NCBI GenBank assembly: GCA_047602405.1
Contig: JASGHJ010000002.1
Location: 1,440,001-1,504,000 of the forward strand
Source of the DNA: Anaeromyxobacteraceae bacterium
GTDB lineage: Bacteria; Myxococcota; Myxococcia; Myxococcales; Anaeromyxobacteraceae
Direction of reading: 5' to 3'
DNA: 64,000 bases
The notes under the pieces were generated by a model that searched no databases, had not been told where the DNA came from, and saw only the letters and a list, made by a program, of their open reading frames with translations. A program made the position numbers and the translations under genes. Of the stretch, positions 54,758 to 64,000 are shown piece after piece. Position 1 is the stretch's first letter. Each line of letters opens with the position of its first letter.

Positions 54758-56494
54758 TCAGGGCGTGTAGACGCCCGCGGTGAGCCCCTTCGCCGCGCCG
54801 TCGACGGTCACGGTCCCGTGGCTGCCCGCGGGCGTACCCGTCGCCCCCTTCACCGAGAGCGCGCCGGCGAGCGTGGAGGTGCCGCCGGAGCTGTGCACGG
54901 TCACGAGACCGCCGTTGCCGCCGGCGCCGCCCGCTCCCGGCGGCCCGCCGTTCGCGAGCACCTTCGGCGCCGCGACGGTCTTGCCGCTCAGCCAGACCTC
55001 GTTCCCGTGGCCACCCTGACCGCTCGCGGCCGTGGCCCTGCCGCCGAAGGACTCGATCCCGGGCTCGATGCTCAGGGTGCCCGCGGGGGAGGGGGCCGCG
55101 CCCGCCACGGCCTGCGAGTACACCGAGAGCGGCCCGGCGTCGCCGCCCGCCTGCGCGCCGTCGCCGCCGTTCGCGAGGAGCGCGTCCAGGCCGGTGACGA
55201 CGAGGGGACCGGAGGTGCCCGGCGCGACCTCGTTCTGCCAGACCTGGAGCTCGCAGAGGCCGCCGCTCCCACCCACCTGGCCGTCGCCACCGGTGGCGTC
55301 GAGGCCGGCGTGCACGTACGCCGCGAGCGTGCCGCCCGAGCGGGCGGAGAGCGTGCGGCTCTGGAGGCCGATCTCGCCGCCGTCGCCGCCCTGGCCCACG
55401 GTGGCGCTGCCGTCGCCGCCCGCGGAGCGCGCCTCTCCCAGGAACCAGAGCGCGTCGTTCACCGCCTGGACGTCGATGTCGCCGCCGTTCCCGCCCTGGC
55501 CCGCGGAGGCGGCGCCGCCGCGCGTGTCGAGCGCGCCGGTCACCACGACGAAGCCCGCGCAGCTCGCGACCCGCAGGGACCCGCCGGGTCCGCCCGCGAC
55601 CGTGCCCGCGCCGCCGCGGTTCTCGACGGGGCCCGTGACGGCGACGTCGCCCTCGCCGGGCGTGTTGGAGTAGCAGGGGATGATGAGGCTGACGTAGCCC
55701 GCCTCACCGCCGGGCCCCGCCGTGCCCGCGCCGCCGCTCGCGCGGATCGTGCCCGCCTGGAGCCACGCCACCGAGCCCGCCTCGAGGACGATCTGGCCGC
55801 CTTGCCCGCCGGAGGTCCCGTCGCCGCCCCGGCCGTCGATGAGGCCCCGGTTCGTGATGCCCTCGACCGTCTCCACCTGGAGGGAGCCGCCCGTGCCGCC
55901 GGGGGCGCCGGTCAGCTCGACGACGCCGGTCTCGCTCACGTGCAGGGCGCGCGCGACGAGGCGCACGAAGCCGCGGTTCGCGGGCTGGGCCGCGCGGTAG
56001 TGCAGCCGGAGCGTGCCGTCGACGACGATCCCGTCCGCGAGGCGGATCGTCGCCCAGTCGCCCGCGTTCGGCGCGAGCGTGACGGTCGCGCCGGCCTTCA
56101 CCCAGAGCCCGGTGGCCGCGCCGGCCTGATCGCCCGGGACGTGGTCCGACAGGTCCGGCTGGAGGGTCGTGCTCGCGGCGAGGGTCCGCGGGTTCGCGCC
56201 CAGGCCCGGGACGCCGGGCGAGAGCGTCGGGGCGGCGGGCACGGTGGTCGACTTCTTCACCTGGATGTCGCCGCCGTACGAGACGATCCTCACCTCGCCC
56301 CCGGGCCCGCCGGCCGTGGCGCCGTCTCCACCGCGGGTCCAGCCACCGGCTGACGCGGTGGGATCCGAGCCGCCTCCGCCCCCTCCGCCCCCTCCACCTC
56401 CACCTCCGCCCCCTCCTCCTCCGCCGCCCCCGCCCCCACTGCAGGCGGCGAGGAGCGCGAGGGCGAGGGTGACGACGGCCGCATGGCGGGGCAT
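54758..56494 (-). CDS. Glycine-rich surface lipoprotein (repetitive beta-solenoid-like)
   Basis: Lipobox LLAAC, about 23 consecutive Gly, and repeated GG-x-G...GGxGGxI units; ATG 56494 with GAAGGAG RBS. Confidence 0.7.
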   Translation of the reverse strand: MPRHAAVVTLALALLAACSGGGGGGGGGGGGGGGGGGGGGGGSDPTASAGGWTRGGDGATAGGPGGEVRIVSYGGDIQVKKSTTVPAAPTLSPGVPGLGANPRTLAASTTLQPDLSDHVPGDQAGAATGLWVKAGATVTLAPNAGDWATIRLADGIVVDGTLRLHYRAAQPANRGFVRLVARALHVSETGVVELTGAPGGTGGSLQVETVEGITNRGLIDGRGGDGTSGGQGGQIVLEAGSVAWLQAGTIRASGGAGTAGPGGEAGYVSLIIPCYSNTPGEGDVAVTGPVENRGGAGTVAGGPGGSLRVASCAGFVVVTGALDTRGGAASAGQGGNGGDIDVQAVNDALWFLGEARSAGGDGSATVGQGGDGGEIGLQSRTLSARSGGTLAAYVHAGLDATGGDGQVGGSGGLCELQVWQNEVAPGTSGPLVVTGLDALLANGGDGAQAGGDAGPLSVYSQAVAGAAPSPAGTLSIEPGIESFGGRATAASGQGGHGNEVWLSGKTVAAPKVLANGGPPGAGGAGGNGGLVTVHSSGGTSTLAGALSVKGATGTPAGSHGTVTVDGAAKGLTAGVYTP

Positions 56495-56688
56495 GGACTT
56501 CTCCTTCACCCAGGGTTCCCGCGAGTGTAAAGGCGCCGGCGCGGGGCCGCACGGCCGCGACCTCGGAGGGTGCCCTGTGACGGGCGTCACGGCAGGCGCC
56601 TTCTCGGGGCGTGCATTTGCGGTCACTCGGCGGCGCTTCGTAGGATCGGGCCTCGCGTCCCTGCCCCTGCGGGCGCCTCGGGGGAACC

Positions 56689-57585
56689 ATGCGCCGCCTG
56701 CTCACGCCCTTCCTCGCCGCCGCGCTCGCGACGGCGGCCTGGCCGTCCCGGGCCTCCGGCCCCGCCGACGGCGACCGCGGCCCGGTCATCGATCGCGCCG
56801 ACGCCGACGCCGCGAAGGCGCACCTGTTCATCCGCGGGCGGAACCTCGGGCGCCACGGGCCCACCGTCACGCTCGGCAACGTGCCGCTCGAGATCGAGAG
56901 CGCGTCGCCGACCGACGTCGTCGCGCGGCTGCCGTCGCCGCTCCCCGACGCGAGCTACCGGCTCGTGCTGACGACCGGTGGCCGGCGCGAGGAGCGCTCG
57001 TTCCACGGCGGCGGTGGGAGGGACGCCTGGGGCGAGGCGGTGTTCGAGGTCGCGATCGGCGCCGGGGAGCCGGGGCCGGTCGGGCCCACGGGCCCGACGG
57101 GGCCGGCGGGCCCGCAGGGCGCGAAGGGAGACAGGGGCGATCCGGGCCCGCAGGGCGCCCAGGGCCTCGCGGGCGCGCCCGGCGCGAAGGGCGATCCGGG
57201 GCCGGCCGGGGCCGCGGGCGCCACCGGCCCGACCGGCCCGACCGGCCCCGCCGGTCCGCAGGGGCCGAAGGGCGACAAGGGCGACCCGGGGTCCGGGACG
57301 GTGGACGCGCGGTTCGGGAACGACACGAACACCTTCGCGGAGGGGCGCGGCCGGGAATGCACGCTCGGCGAGATCATCCTGAGCGCGAGCGCCGTCGTGA
57401 ACGGGGTGCCCGCGAACGGCCAGATCCTCTCGATCAGCCAGAACACGGCGCTCTTCTCGCTGCTCGGCACGATGTACGGCGGGGACGGCCGCACCACCTT
57501 CGCGCTCCCGGACCTCCGCGCCGTCGCGCCGAACGGGCTCACGTACTCGATCTGCGTGAGCGGGATCTTCCCGAGCCGGAACTGA
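56689..57585 (+). CDS. Secreted collagen-like protein with C-terminal phage tail-collar domain
   Basis: Signal peptide, Ig/IPT-like segment, 25 Gly-X-Y triplets, and [35 protein letters not shown]. Confidence 0.85.
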   Translation: MRRLLTPFLAAALATAAWPSRASGPADGDRGPVIDRADADAAKAHLFIRGRNLGRHGPTVTLGNVPLEIESASPTDVVARLPSPLPDASYRLVLTTGGRREERSFHGGGGRDAWGEAVFEVAIGAGEPGPVGPTGPTGPAGPQGAKGDRGDPGPQGAQGLAGAPGAKGDPGPAGAAGATGPTGPTGPAGPQGPKGDKGDPGSGTVDARFGNDTNTFAEGRGRECTLGEIILSASAVVNGVPANGQILSISQNTALFSLLGTMYGGDGRTTFALPDLRAVAPNGLTYSICVSGIFPSRN

Positions 57586-57798
57586 CCCGCTGCCCTCGGG
57601 CAGCCACCGCGTGTGGTCGTCGTTCCCGGACGAGCGAGCTCGCGCGGGAAATCACGCGGCCACGGGGGTTCCAGGGGTACCGCCCACCGCGACGCCGCCC
57701 AAGGGATCCACGGCCCGCGCTTCCTCGAGGATCCGGGAGCGCTGGACACCGCTGCGGTGGCGTACGGCGTCCCCCCGGATGGACCCCACGGACCCGGC

Positions 57799-58689
57799 TC
57801 AACCCGGTCGGCCCGCGAGCCGCTCGCGGATCATCGCGAGCACCGCCTCGCGCTCGGCGCCGGCGATCGCGAGGCGCGGCGCACGGACGCGCTCCGAGCC
57901 GAGCCCGACCACGTCCTGCGTGAGCTTGATGAGCTGGACGAACTTCGGGACCACGTCGAGCCGGAGGAGCGGCAGGAACCACCGGTAGAGCGCGTCGGCC
58001 TCGGCGTGCTTACCGGCGCGCGCGAGGTCGAAGAGGCGGACCGACTCCTCGGGGAGCGCGTTCACGAGGCCGGCGACCCAGCCCGTCGCGCCCGCGGCGA
58101 TGCCCTCCACGATGAGGTCGTCGACGCCCACGAAGAGCGCGAGCCGGTCGCCGATGAGCGCGCGGATCGCGGCGAGGCGGCGGACGTCGGCCGAGGACTC
58201 CTTCACCGCGGCGAGGTTCGGGTGGCGCCGGGCGAGCTCGGCGACCTGCTCGGGGCGCACGTCGGTCCCGTACGCGATCGGGTTGTTGTAGAGCATGCAC
58301 TCGAGCGGGGTCGCCTCGATCACCGCCGAGAAGTGCGCGAGGGTCTCGCGGTCGTCGCCCCGGTAGACGTACGGGGGCAGCACCATCAGGCCCTCGGCGC
58401 CGACCTCCCGGGCGCGGCGGGCGAGCGCGACCGCCTCGTGCGTCGAGAGCGACGCGATGCCGGCCACGAGCGGCGCCCTGCCGCGGAGCGCCTTCGCCGA
58501 GAGCTCGAGGATCCGGACCTTCTCGTCGAAGGAGAGCGTCGCCGACTCGCCGAGCGAGCCGAGCGCGACGAAGCCCTTGCAGCCGGCGGCGAGCATCGCC
58601 TCGAGGTGGCGAGGGATGAAGCCCTCGTCGATCGAGAGGTCCTCCTTGAAGGGGGTGGTGAACGCGGGGAAGACGCCTTGCCAGTTCAT
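57799..58689 (-). CDS. DHDPS-family enzyme, likely Delta1-pyrroline-4-hydroxy-2-carboxylate deaminase
   Basis: GSLGE, LPPYVY, YNNP and VKESS motifs; hydroxyproline-cluster context. Confidence 0.85.
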   Translation of the reverse strand: MNWQGVFPAFTTPFKEDLSIDEGFIPRHLEAMLAAGCKGFVALGSLGESATLSFDEKVRILELSAKALRGRAPLVAGIASLSTHEAVALARRAREVGAEGLMVLPPYVYRGDDRETLAHFSAVIEATPLECMLYNNPIAYGTDVRPEQVAELARRHPNLAAVKESSADVRRLAAIRALIGDRLALFVGVDDLIVEGIAAGATGWVAGLVNALPEESVRLFDLARAGKHAEADALYRWFLPLLRLDVVPKFVQLIKLTQDVVGLGSERVRAPRLAIAGAEREAVLAMIRERLAGRPG

Positions 58690-58696
58690 TCGGGGT

Positions 58697-59989
58697 TCAC
58701 TCCTCGAGGAGGGTGGAGAGGGCGACGGGGACGATGGGGCTGCGGGGCGTTGCGGGCTCGAGGCCGCGGAGCCGCTCGAGGGCGGCGCCGCAGACCCGGC
58801 CCTGGCACGGGCCCATGCCGGTGCGCGTCGCGAGCTTCGCCTCGCGGGCGGAGGTGGCCCCGGCGGCGTCGAGCTCGCCCGCGCGGACGTCCTCGCACCG
58901 GCAGACGACGAGGTCGGGCGCGAGCGGGCGGAGGAGCTCGGGGCGGAGGGCGTAGGCGCGGTCCATCGCGCGGGCGAAGTCGCGGCCCGTTCGGCGCTCG
59001 GCCACGGGCGCCGGCTCGGGCGGGAGGCCCGCCGCGGCGAGCCCCGCGAGCTGGCCCTCGGCGAGCGCGACCTCCACGCCGGCGACGCCGCAGAGCTCGC
59101 CCGCGGCGAACAGGCCCGGCACCGAGGTCTCCTGGTGATCGTTCACGGCCACCGCGCCGCCGGAGGCGGCGGCCCCGAGGAGGCGCGCGGCCTCCGCGGA
59201 GGGCACGAGGCCGAAGGACACCCCGAGGAGCTCGCAGGCGAGCCGCTCCTCGCGCCGGCCGTCGGTGAGGACCACGGCCTCGACGCCGCCCGTGCCCTCG
59301 GCGCGCACGATCCAGGTGCCGGCGCGGAGCCTCGACCCGAGGGTGCGCCCGAGGCGCAGCGCCTGGCCGAGCTTGCCGGGCTTGCCGAGGAGGCGGAGCC
59401 CGAGGCCCGCGAGCGCGGCGGTCCCGGCCTGCTCGGCGACGGCCACGACCTCGGCGCCCGCGTGCTCGAGCGCCTCGGCAGCGGCGAGGAGGAGCGGCCC
59501 CGTGCCGCCGAGCACGATCCGCTTGCCCCGCACCTCGAGGCCCCCCTTCACGAGCGCCTGCAGCCCGCCCGCGCCCGCGACGCCGGGCAGGGTCCAGCCC
59601 GGGAAGGGCAGGAGGAGCTCGCGGGCGCCGGTCGCGAGCACGACGGCGCGGGCGTCCACGTCGAGGCGGACGGGGCCGCCGCCCTCGCGGTGCTCGGCGG
59701 AGAGCCGGAAGCCGTCGCCCGCGCACCGCGCCTCGAAGAGGGCCGCGTGTCGCAGGACCTCGGCGCCCGAGCGGGAGAGGCGCTCGAGCCAGGGGCGCGC
59801 CTCGGCCGGCGGCGCGCCGGCCGGCGCGTGGCGCCAGATCTGGCCGCCCGGCCCGAACCCCTCGTCGAGCACGGCGACCTTGCGGCCGCCCTCCGCGGCG
59901 CGGCACGCCGCGGCGACGCCGGCCGGGCCGGCGCCCACCACGCAGACGTCGGCCGCGAGGCGGCGTCTCGAGGGGCGGGCGGCGCTCAT
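58697..59989 (-). CDS. FAD/NAD oxidoreductase subunit of D-hydroxyproline dehydrogenase (HcnB/OoxA-like)
   Basis: GAGPAG, GGQIWR, LATGARE, CRCEDV and GMGPCQGRVC motifs. Confidence 0.85.
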   Translation of the reverse strand: MSAARPSRRRLAADVCVVGAGPAGVAAACRAAEGGRKVAVLDEGFGPGGQIWRHAPAGAPPAEARPWLERLSRSGAEVLRHAALFEARCAGDGFRLSAEHREGGGPVRLDVDARAVVLATGARELLLPFPGWTLPGVAGAGGLQALVKGGLEVRGKRIVLGGTGPLLLAAAEALEHAGAEVVAVAEQAGTAALAGLGLRLLGKPGKLGQALRLGRTLGSRLRAGTWIVRAEGTGGVEAVVLTDGRREERLACELLGVSFGLVPSAEAARLLGAAASGGAVAVNDHQETSVPGLFAAGELCGVAGVEVALAEGQLAGLAAAGLPPEPAPVAERRTGRDFARAMDRAYALRPELLRPLAPDLVVCRCEDVRAGELDAAGATSAREAKLATRTGMGPCQGRVCGAALERLRGLEPATPRSPIVPVALSTLLEE

Positions 59990-60258
59990 CCGGTCACGAC
60001 CTCCATGCCGGCGCGCACGGGCTCGAGGCAGGCGCGCCGGTCGCGGGCGCCGTCCACGGTGACGCGGCACTCGTGGCAGATGCCCATGCCGCAGACCGGG
60101 CCGCGGGGCTCGCCCGAGGCGGAGCGCCGGAATGCCGTGACGCCGGCGTCGAGGAGCGCCGCGGCGAGCGTCTTCGCCGGCGAGACGCTGAGCGCGCGCC
60201 CGTCGACGTGGATCACCACGTGCGGCGGCGCGGGGGCGGGTGGCGTGCGGTCAGGCAT
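59986..60258 (-). CDS. [2Fe-2S] subunit (HcnA-like)
   Basis: PVCGMGICHECRVTVDG..RAC motif. Confidence 0.85.
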   Translation of the reverse strand: MPDRTPPAPAPPHVVIHVDGRALSVSPAKTLAAALLDAGVTAFRRSASGEPRGPVCGMGICHECRVTVDGARDRRACLEPVRAGMEVVTG

Positions 60259-61363
60259 GGGCGGTGGGCGTGCGGATGGGCGAGTACGGCGCGGGATCGA
60301 GCGGTCCGCGCCGGCCGAGCACGAGGTCGGCGACGAGCTCGCCGGTGCCGGGCGCGGTCGTGATCCCGAGCCCCTCGTGGCCGGCGGCGACGAGGAGGCC
60401 GTCGATGGCCGGGTACCAGCCGACGAGCGGCAGGTTGTCGGGCGTGCACGGCCGGAAGCCGCACCACGTGCGGAGGGCGGGCACGCCGGCGAGCCCGGGC
60501 AGGAAGTCCATCGCGCGCGCCAGCATCCGCGCGCGCAGCGGCGCATTGAGCGAGGCGTCGAGCCCCACGAACTCGCGGGAGGAGCCCACGAGGAGCTGCC
60601 CGGTCGCGCGCGGCTGCACGTTGAACGCGACGCTCTCGGCGCCGCCGCCGTGGGCGCTCTTCAGGTACCCGAGCTCGACGAGCTGGTGCCGGACCATGCC
60701 CGGGACCCGCCCGGTCACGACGAGCTGGCCCTTGCGCGGCCGGAGCGGCAGGGTCGGCACGAGCCGCGCCGCGGCGAGCCCGGCCGCGAGCACGACGGCC
60801 CCCGCGTCCATCCAGCCCGCAGCGGTCCGCACGCGCCGCGGGCCCAGCTCGAGCACCTCGACGCCGCCGCGCACCTGCGCGCCGAGCCCGACCGCGCGCG
60901 CGAGGAGGAAGCGGGCGGCGGCGGGCGGGTAGAGGACCCGGTCGCCGGGGACGAGCATGCCGCCCGCGAGCCCCGCCCGGAGGGACGGCTCGGCCTCGGC
61001 GAGGGCGCGGGCGTCGAGCAGCTCCGCGGCGACGCCCGCGGCGCGGTAGGCGGCGGCGCGCGGGGCGACGAGGCGGAGCTCCTCGTCGTCGGAGGCGACC
61101 CAGAGCGTGCCGCAGGCCGAGTCCTCGGCGCCGCGCGGGAGCTCGGGCGCGAGCGCTGCCCAGAGGTCACGGCTGCGCCGGGTGAGGGCGAGCTGGGCCG
61201 GGCCGTCGTCCATCACGACCACGTGCCCCATCGCGGCGGCGGTCGCGCCGCCCGCGGGGAACCCCGCCTCGAGCACGAGCACGCGCAGCCCCGCGCGCGC
61301 GAGCGCGTCGGCGCAGGCCGCGCCCACGATGCCGGCGCCCACGATGACCGCGTCGGGGCTCAT
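60251..61363 (-). CDS. FAD-dependent D-amino acid oxidase-family subunit (D-hydroxyproline dehydrogenase)
   Basis: GAGIVG, PRKGQ, GFRP and GHEGLGITTA motifs. Confidence 0.87.
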   Translation of the reverse strand: MSPDAVIVGAGIVGAACADALARAGLRVLVLEAGFPAGGATAAAMGHVVVMDDGPAQLALTRRSRDLWAALAPELPRGAEDSACGTLWVASDDEELRLVAPRAAAYRAAGVAAELLDARALAEAEPSLRAGLAGGMLVPGDRVLYPPAAARFLLARAVGLGAQVRGGVEVLELGPRRVRTAAGWMDAGAVVLAAGLAAARLVPTLPLRPRKGQLVVTGRVPGMVRHQLVELGYLKSAHGGGAESVAFNVQPRATGQLLVGSSREFVGLDASLNAPLRARMLARAMDFLPGLAGVPALRTWCGFRPCTPDNLPLVGWYPAIDGLLVAAGHEGLGITTAPGTGELVADLVLGRRGPLDPAPYSPIRTPTAHA

Positions 61364-62342
61364 CGCGCCGAGGCGGGCTCCAGGATGCCCTCGGCGCCCA
61401 GCCCCGCGCGGAAGGGATCCGCGGGATTCGAAGAGGAGGGTCGTGCGCCCGGTCACGAAGGCCCGGCCCTGGATGCGGGGCCAGAGCTGCCCGTCCCGCT
61501 CCTCGAGCCAGCCCACGAAGCGGCTGCCGGTGATGCTCTCCTGCCGCCAGCGCTCGCCGGGGCGGAGCTTCCCGTGCGCGTGCAGCGCCGCCATCTTCGC
61601 GCTCGTGCCGGTGCCGCAGGGGCTGCGGTCGTACTCGCCACCGGGGCAGAGCACCCAGTTCCGGGCGTCGGCGTCCGGCCGCGAGGGCGGGCCGAAGAAG
61701 CTCGACGTGGTCGATCTCCGCGCCGTCGGCGCCGGTCACGCCCTGCACGCGGAGCGCGCGCATGATCGCGGAGGACACGTCGAGGAGCCGGTGGCGGTTC
61801 TCGAGCGCGAGCCGCTCGCCCTCGAGGTGCGCGAGGAAGAACCAGTTGCCACCCCAGGCGACGTCGCCGCGGATCCGCCCGAGGCCGGGCACCTCGACCT
61901 CGACGTCCGTCCGGTGGCAGCGGGCGGGGACGTTCTCGATCGTGACGAGGCCCTCCGCGGCGAGCTCGGCGGCCACGGAGCCGGCGGGCGTGTCGACCGC
62001 GATCCGCCCGGGGCCGATGCGCCCGAGGAACTCGAGCGTGCGGACGAGGCCGATGAGGCCGTGGCCGCACATCCAGAGCGGGCCGACGTTGTTGAAGAAG
62101 ACCACCCCGCAGTGGGCGCCGGGCGTCACGGGCGGCGTGAGGAGCGCCCCCACCACGGCGTCGTGGCCGCGGGGCTCGAGCACGACCCCGCGGCGGAGCG
62201 CGTCGAAGCGGGTCGCGACCTCCTCGCGGCGCCCCGGCATCGTCGGGGAGGCGAGCGCCGGCCAGCCGTCCACGACCACGCGCGTGGGCTCGCCCTCCGT
62301 GTGCGAGTCGACGACGTCGATCCGCGCGGGCAACCCGGTCAC
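61360..62342 (-). CDS. 4-hydroxyproline epimerase/proline racemase; two +1 frameshifts near 61698 and 61427
   Basis: DSHTEGEPTR, MCGH, GGNWF and DRSPCGTGTSA catalytic Cys pair, found across three frames. Confidence 0.88.
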
Positions 62343-63775
62343 GGGGTCACCTGCACCGTGCGGAGCTCGGTGTAGAACTCGCGCGCCGCGGGCCCCTGCT
62401 CACGGCCGCCGGCGGAGGAGCCCTTCACCCCGCCGAACGGCGCGTGCGGGTCGACGCCGGTCGTGTCGCCGTTCACGCGGACCATGCCGGCCTCGACGCG
62501 GCGCACGTAGCGGAGCGCGGCGGCGAGGTCGCGGGTGAAGAGCGCGGCGGAGAGGCCGTACGGCACGGCGTTCGCGGCCGCGATCGCCTCGTCGACGCCA
62601 TCGACCGGCACGACCGCGAGCGCCGGCGCGAAGAGCTCCTCGCCGAGGAAGGCGCTCGTCGGCGAGAGGTCACAGACCACGGTCGGGGTGAGGTAGTGGC
62701 CCCGGCCGAAGGCCTCGCCGGCGGGCGCATCGCCGCCCGCGAGCACCCGCGGGCGCTCGGCCTCGACGAGCGCCCGCACCCGGTCGACCTTCGGCCGCTG
62801 CACGAGCGGCCCGACCGCGCACGCGGCGTCGGCCGGCGGCAGCAGCGGGAGCGCCGCGACCGCCTTCACGAGCGCCGCCAGGAAGGGCTCCTCGACCTTC
62901 CGGTCCACGAGCACGCGGGAGGTCGCGGTGCACTTCTGGCCGGCGAAGCGCATGGCGCCGCCGGCGACGAGCGCCGCCGCGCGGCCGAGGTCCGCGTCGG
63001 CGAGCACGATGGCGGGGTTCTTCCCGCCCATCTCGGCCTGGTAGCGGACGTTCCGGCGGGAGCAGACGTCGGCCACCCGCGCGCCCACCTTCGCGGAGCC
63101 GGTGAAGCTCACCGCCCGGACGAGCGGATGCGCGAGGAGCGCCTCGCCCGCGGCGGCGCCGCCGGGGACCATGTTCAGGACGCCCGGCGGGAGCGCCTCG
63201 GCCGCCGACTCGCACAGGAGCCGCGCGCACTCGCTCGAGAGCTCGGAGGGCTTCCAGACCACGGCGTTGCCGAACGCGAGGGCGGGGGCGGCCTTCCAGA
63301 GCGGGATCGCGACCGGGAAGTTCCACGGGGTCACGAGGCCGACGACGCCGAGCGGCTCGCGGAGCGTGAACTGCAGGGTGCCGTCGAGCTGGGACGGGAT
63401 GACGTCGCCGGCATTCCGGACCGCCTCGCCGGCGTAGTACCGCAGGATCGCGACGGCGCGGGCGGCCTCGCCCCGGGCCTCGAGGAGGGGCTTGCCGACC
63501 TCGCGGACCATCGCCTTCGCGAGCTCCTCCCTCCGGGCGTCGAGCACGTTCGCCCAGCGCTGCAGGGCGTCGGCCCGGCCCGGGCCGGGGAGGTCGCGCC
63601 ACGCCGGCCAGGCCTGGGCGGCCGCCTCGGCCGCCGCGACGACGTCGGCGGGGCTGCCGGCGGGGACCTGCGCGACGAGGTCGGAGGTGTCGGACGGGTT
63701 GCGCGCCTCGAGGAGGGCGCTCGACGCGCTCTCGCGGAAGGAGCCGTTCACGAACGCGGGGATGGGGGTGGGCAT
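62339..63775 (-). CDS. Aldehyde dehydrogenase, likely 2-ketoglutarate semialdehyde dehydrogenase
   Basis: TPWNFP, FTGS, EMGGKN, GQKCTA and EELFAP motifs; ATG 63775 with GGAGG RBS. Confidence 0.9.
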   Translation of the reverse strand: MPTPIPAFVNGSFRESASSALLEARNPSDTSDLVAQVPAGSPADVVAAAEAAAQAWPAWRDLPGPGRADALQRWANVLDARREELAKAMVREVGKPLLEARGEAARAVAILRYYAGEAVRNAGDVIPSQLDGTLQFTLREPLGVVGLVTPWNFPVAIPLWKAAPALAFGNAVVWKPSELSSECARLLCESAAEALPPGVLNMVPGGAAAGEALLAHPLVRAVSFTGSAKVGARVADVCSRRNVRYQAEMGGKNPAIVLADADLGRAAALVAGGAMRFAGQKCTATSRVLVDRKVEEPFLAALVKAVAALPLLPPADAACAVGPLVQRPKVDRVRALVEAERPRVLAGGDAPAGEAFGRGHYLTPTVVCDLSPTSAFLGEELFAPALAVVPVDGVDEAIAAANAVPYGLSAALFTRDLAAALRYVRRVEAGMVRVNGDTTGVDPHAPFGGVKGSSAGGREQGPAAREFYTELRTVQVTP

Positions 63776-63854
63776 GGCGGTCCTCCGGATCATGCCCCGG
63801 CGCGCGCGCGTCCGCTTGTCGTTTCGCGCAGCCCGTGCTTCGCTTTCGGCACAG

Positions 63855-64000
63855 GTGGCCCGGGACGGTTCCATCGCGGAGAAGGCCCGCCAGGCCGGGT
63901 ACCTGCTCGAGCTCCTCGACCGGGTGCCCGACGTCGTGGTGTTCGTGAAGGACGCCGCGGGGCGCTACGCGGCCGTGAACGAGACGCTCGTGCGGCGGCT
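63855..64000 (+). CDS. 5' part of a PAS-domain protein, probably the AraC-family regulator of the hydroxyproline cluster (partial)
   Basis: LLDRVPDVVVFVKDAAGRYAAVNETLVRR, divergent from the ALDH gene; runs off the window. Confidence 0.6.
   Translation, partial: MARDGSIAEKARQAGYLLELLDRVPDVVVFVKDAAGRYAAVNETLVRR

Noticed and set aside
56689..57585. Prophage remnant, or a functional link between the collagen-like gene and hydroxyproline catabolism
   Set aside because: There are no other phage genes and the protein has a signal peptide. Bacterial collagens generally lack hydroxyproline and no prolyl hydroxylase is present, so the adjacency is probably coincidental.
58697..61363. HcnABC hydrogen cyanide synthase or opine oxidase
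   Set aside because: The subunits are homologous, but the flanking epimerase, deaminase and semialdehyde dehydrogenase indicate D-hydroxyproline dehydrogenase.

Overview
A very GC-rich, gene-dense chromosomal window whose gene content and style suggest an Anaeromyxobacter-like Myxococcota bacterium (inference, not a database result). I found no rRNA, tRNA, CRISPR array or transposase. Main blocks in order: hemerythrin and a SEC-C methionine aminopeptidase; a chemoreceptor; a LytS/LytTR-regulated lactate cluster with a permease and two different Fe-S lactate dehydrogenase modules (LutABC and LldGH-like); a MutS-related ATPase, acyl-CoA dehydrogenase, hybrid kinase, M1 aminopeptidase and ClC transporter; a Propionibacterium-style transcarboxylase-like operon (5S-12S-small-1.3S); a B12/radical SAM protein; a tetraheme cytochrome-NrfC-NrfD module behind an FNR-like box; a tRNA-modification operon (DTW protein plus a Tgt fused to an MnmC-like methyltransferase); an Ech-type [NiFe] hydrogenase operon with a sigma54 promoter, divergent from an [FeFe]-hydrogenase-like sensor histidine kinase; a Gly-rich lipoprotein and a collagen/tail-collar protein; and a hydroxyproline catabolism cluster. 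Seven genes carry +1 frameshifts that fall mostly at GATC or GAGCTC sites, which points to sequencing artefacts rather than pseudogenes. The best novelty candidates are the Tgt-methyltransferase fusion and the [FeFe]-like sensor kinase/Ech locus.
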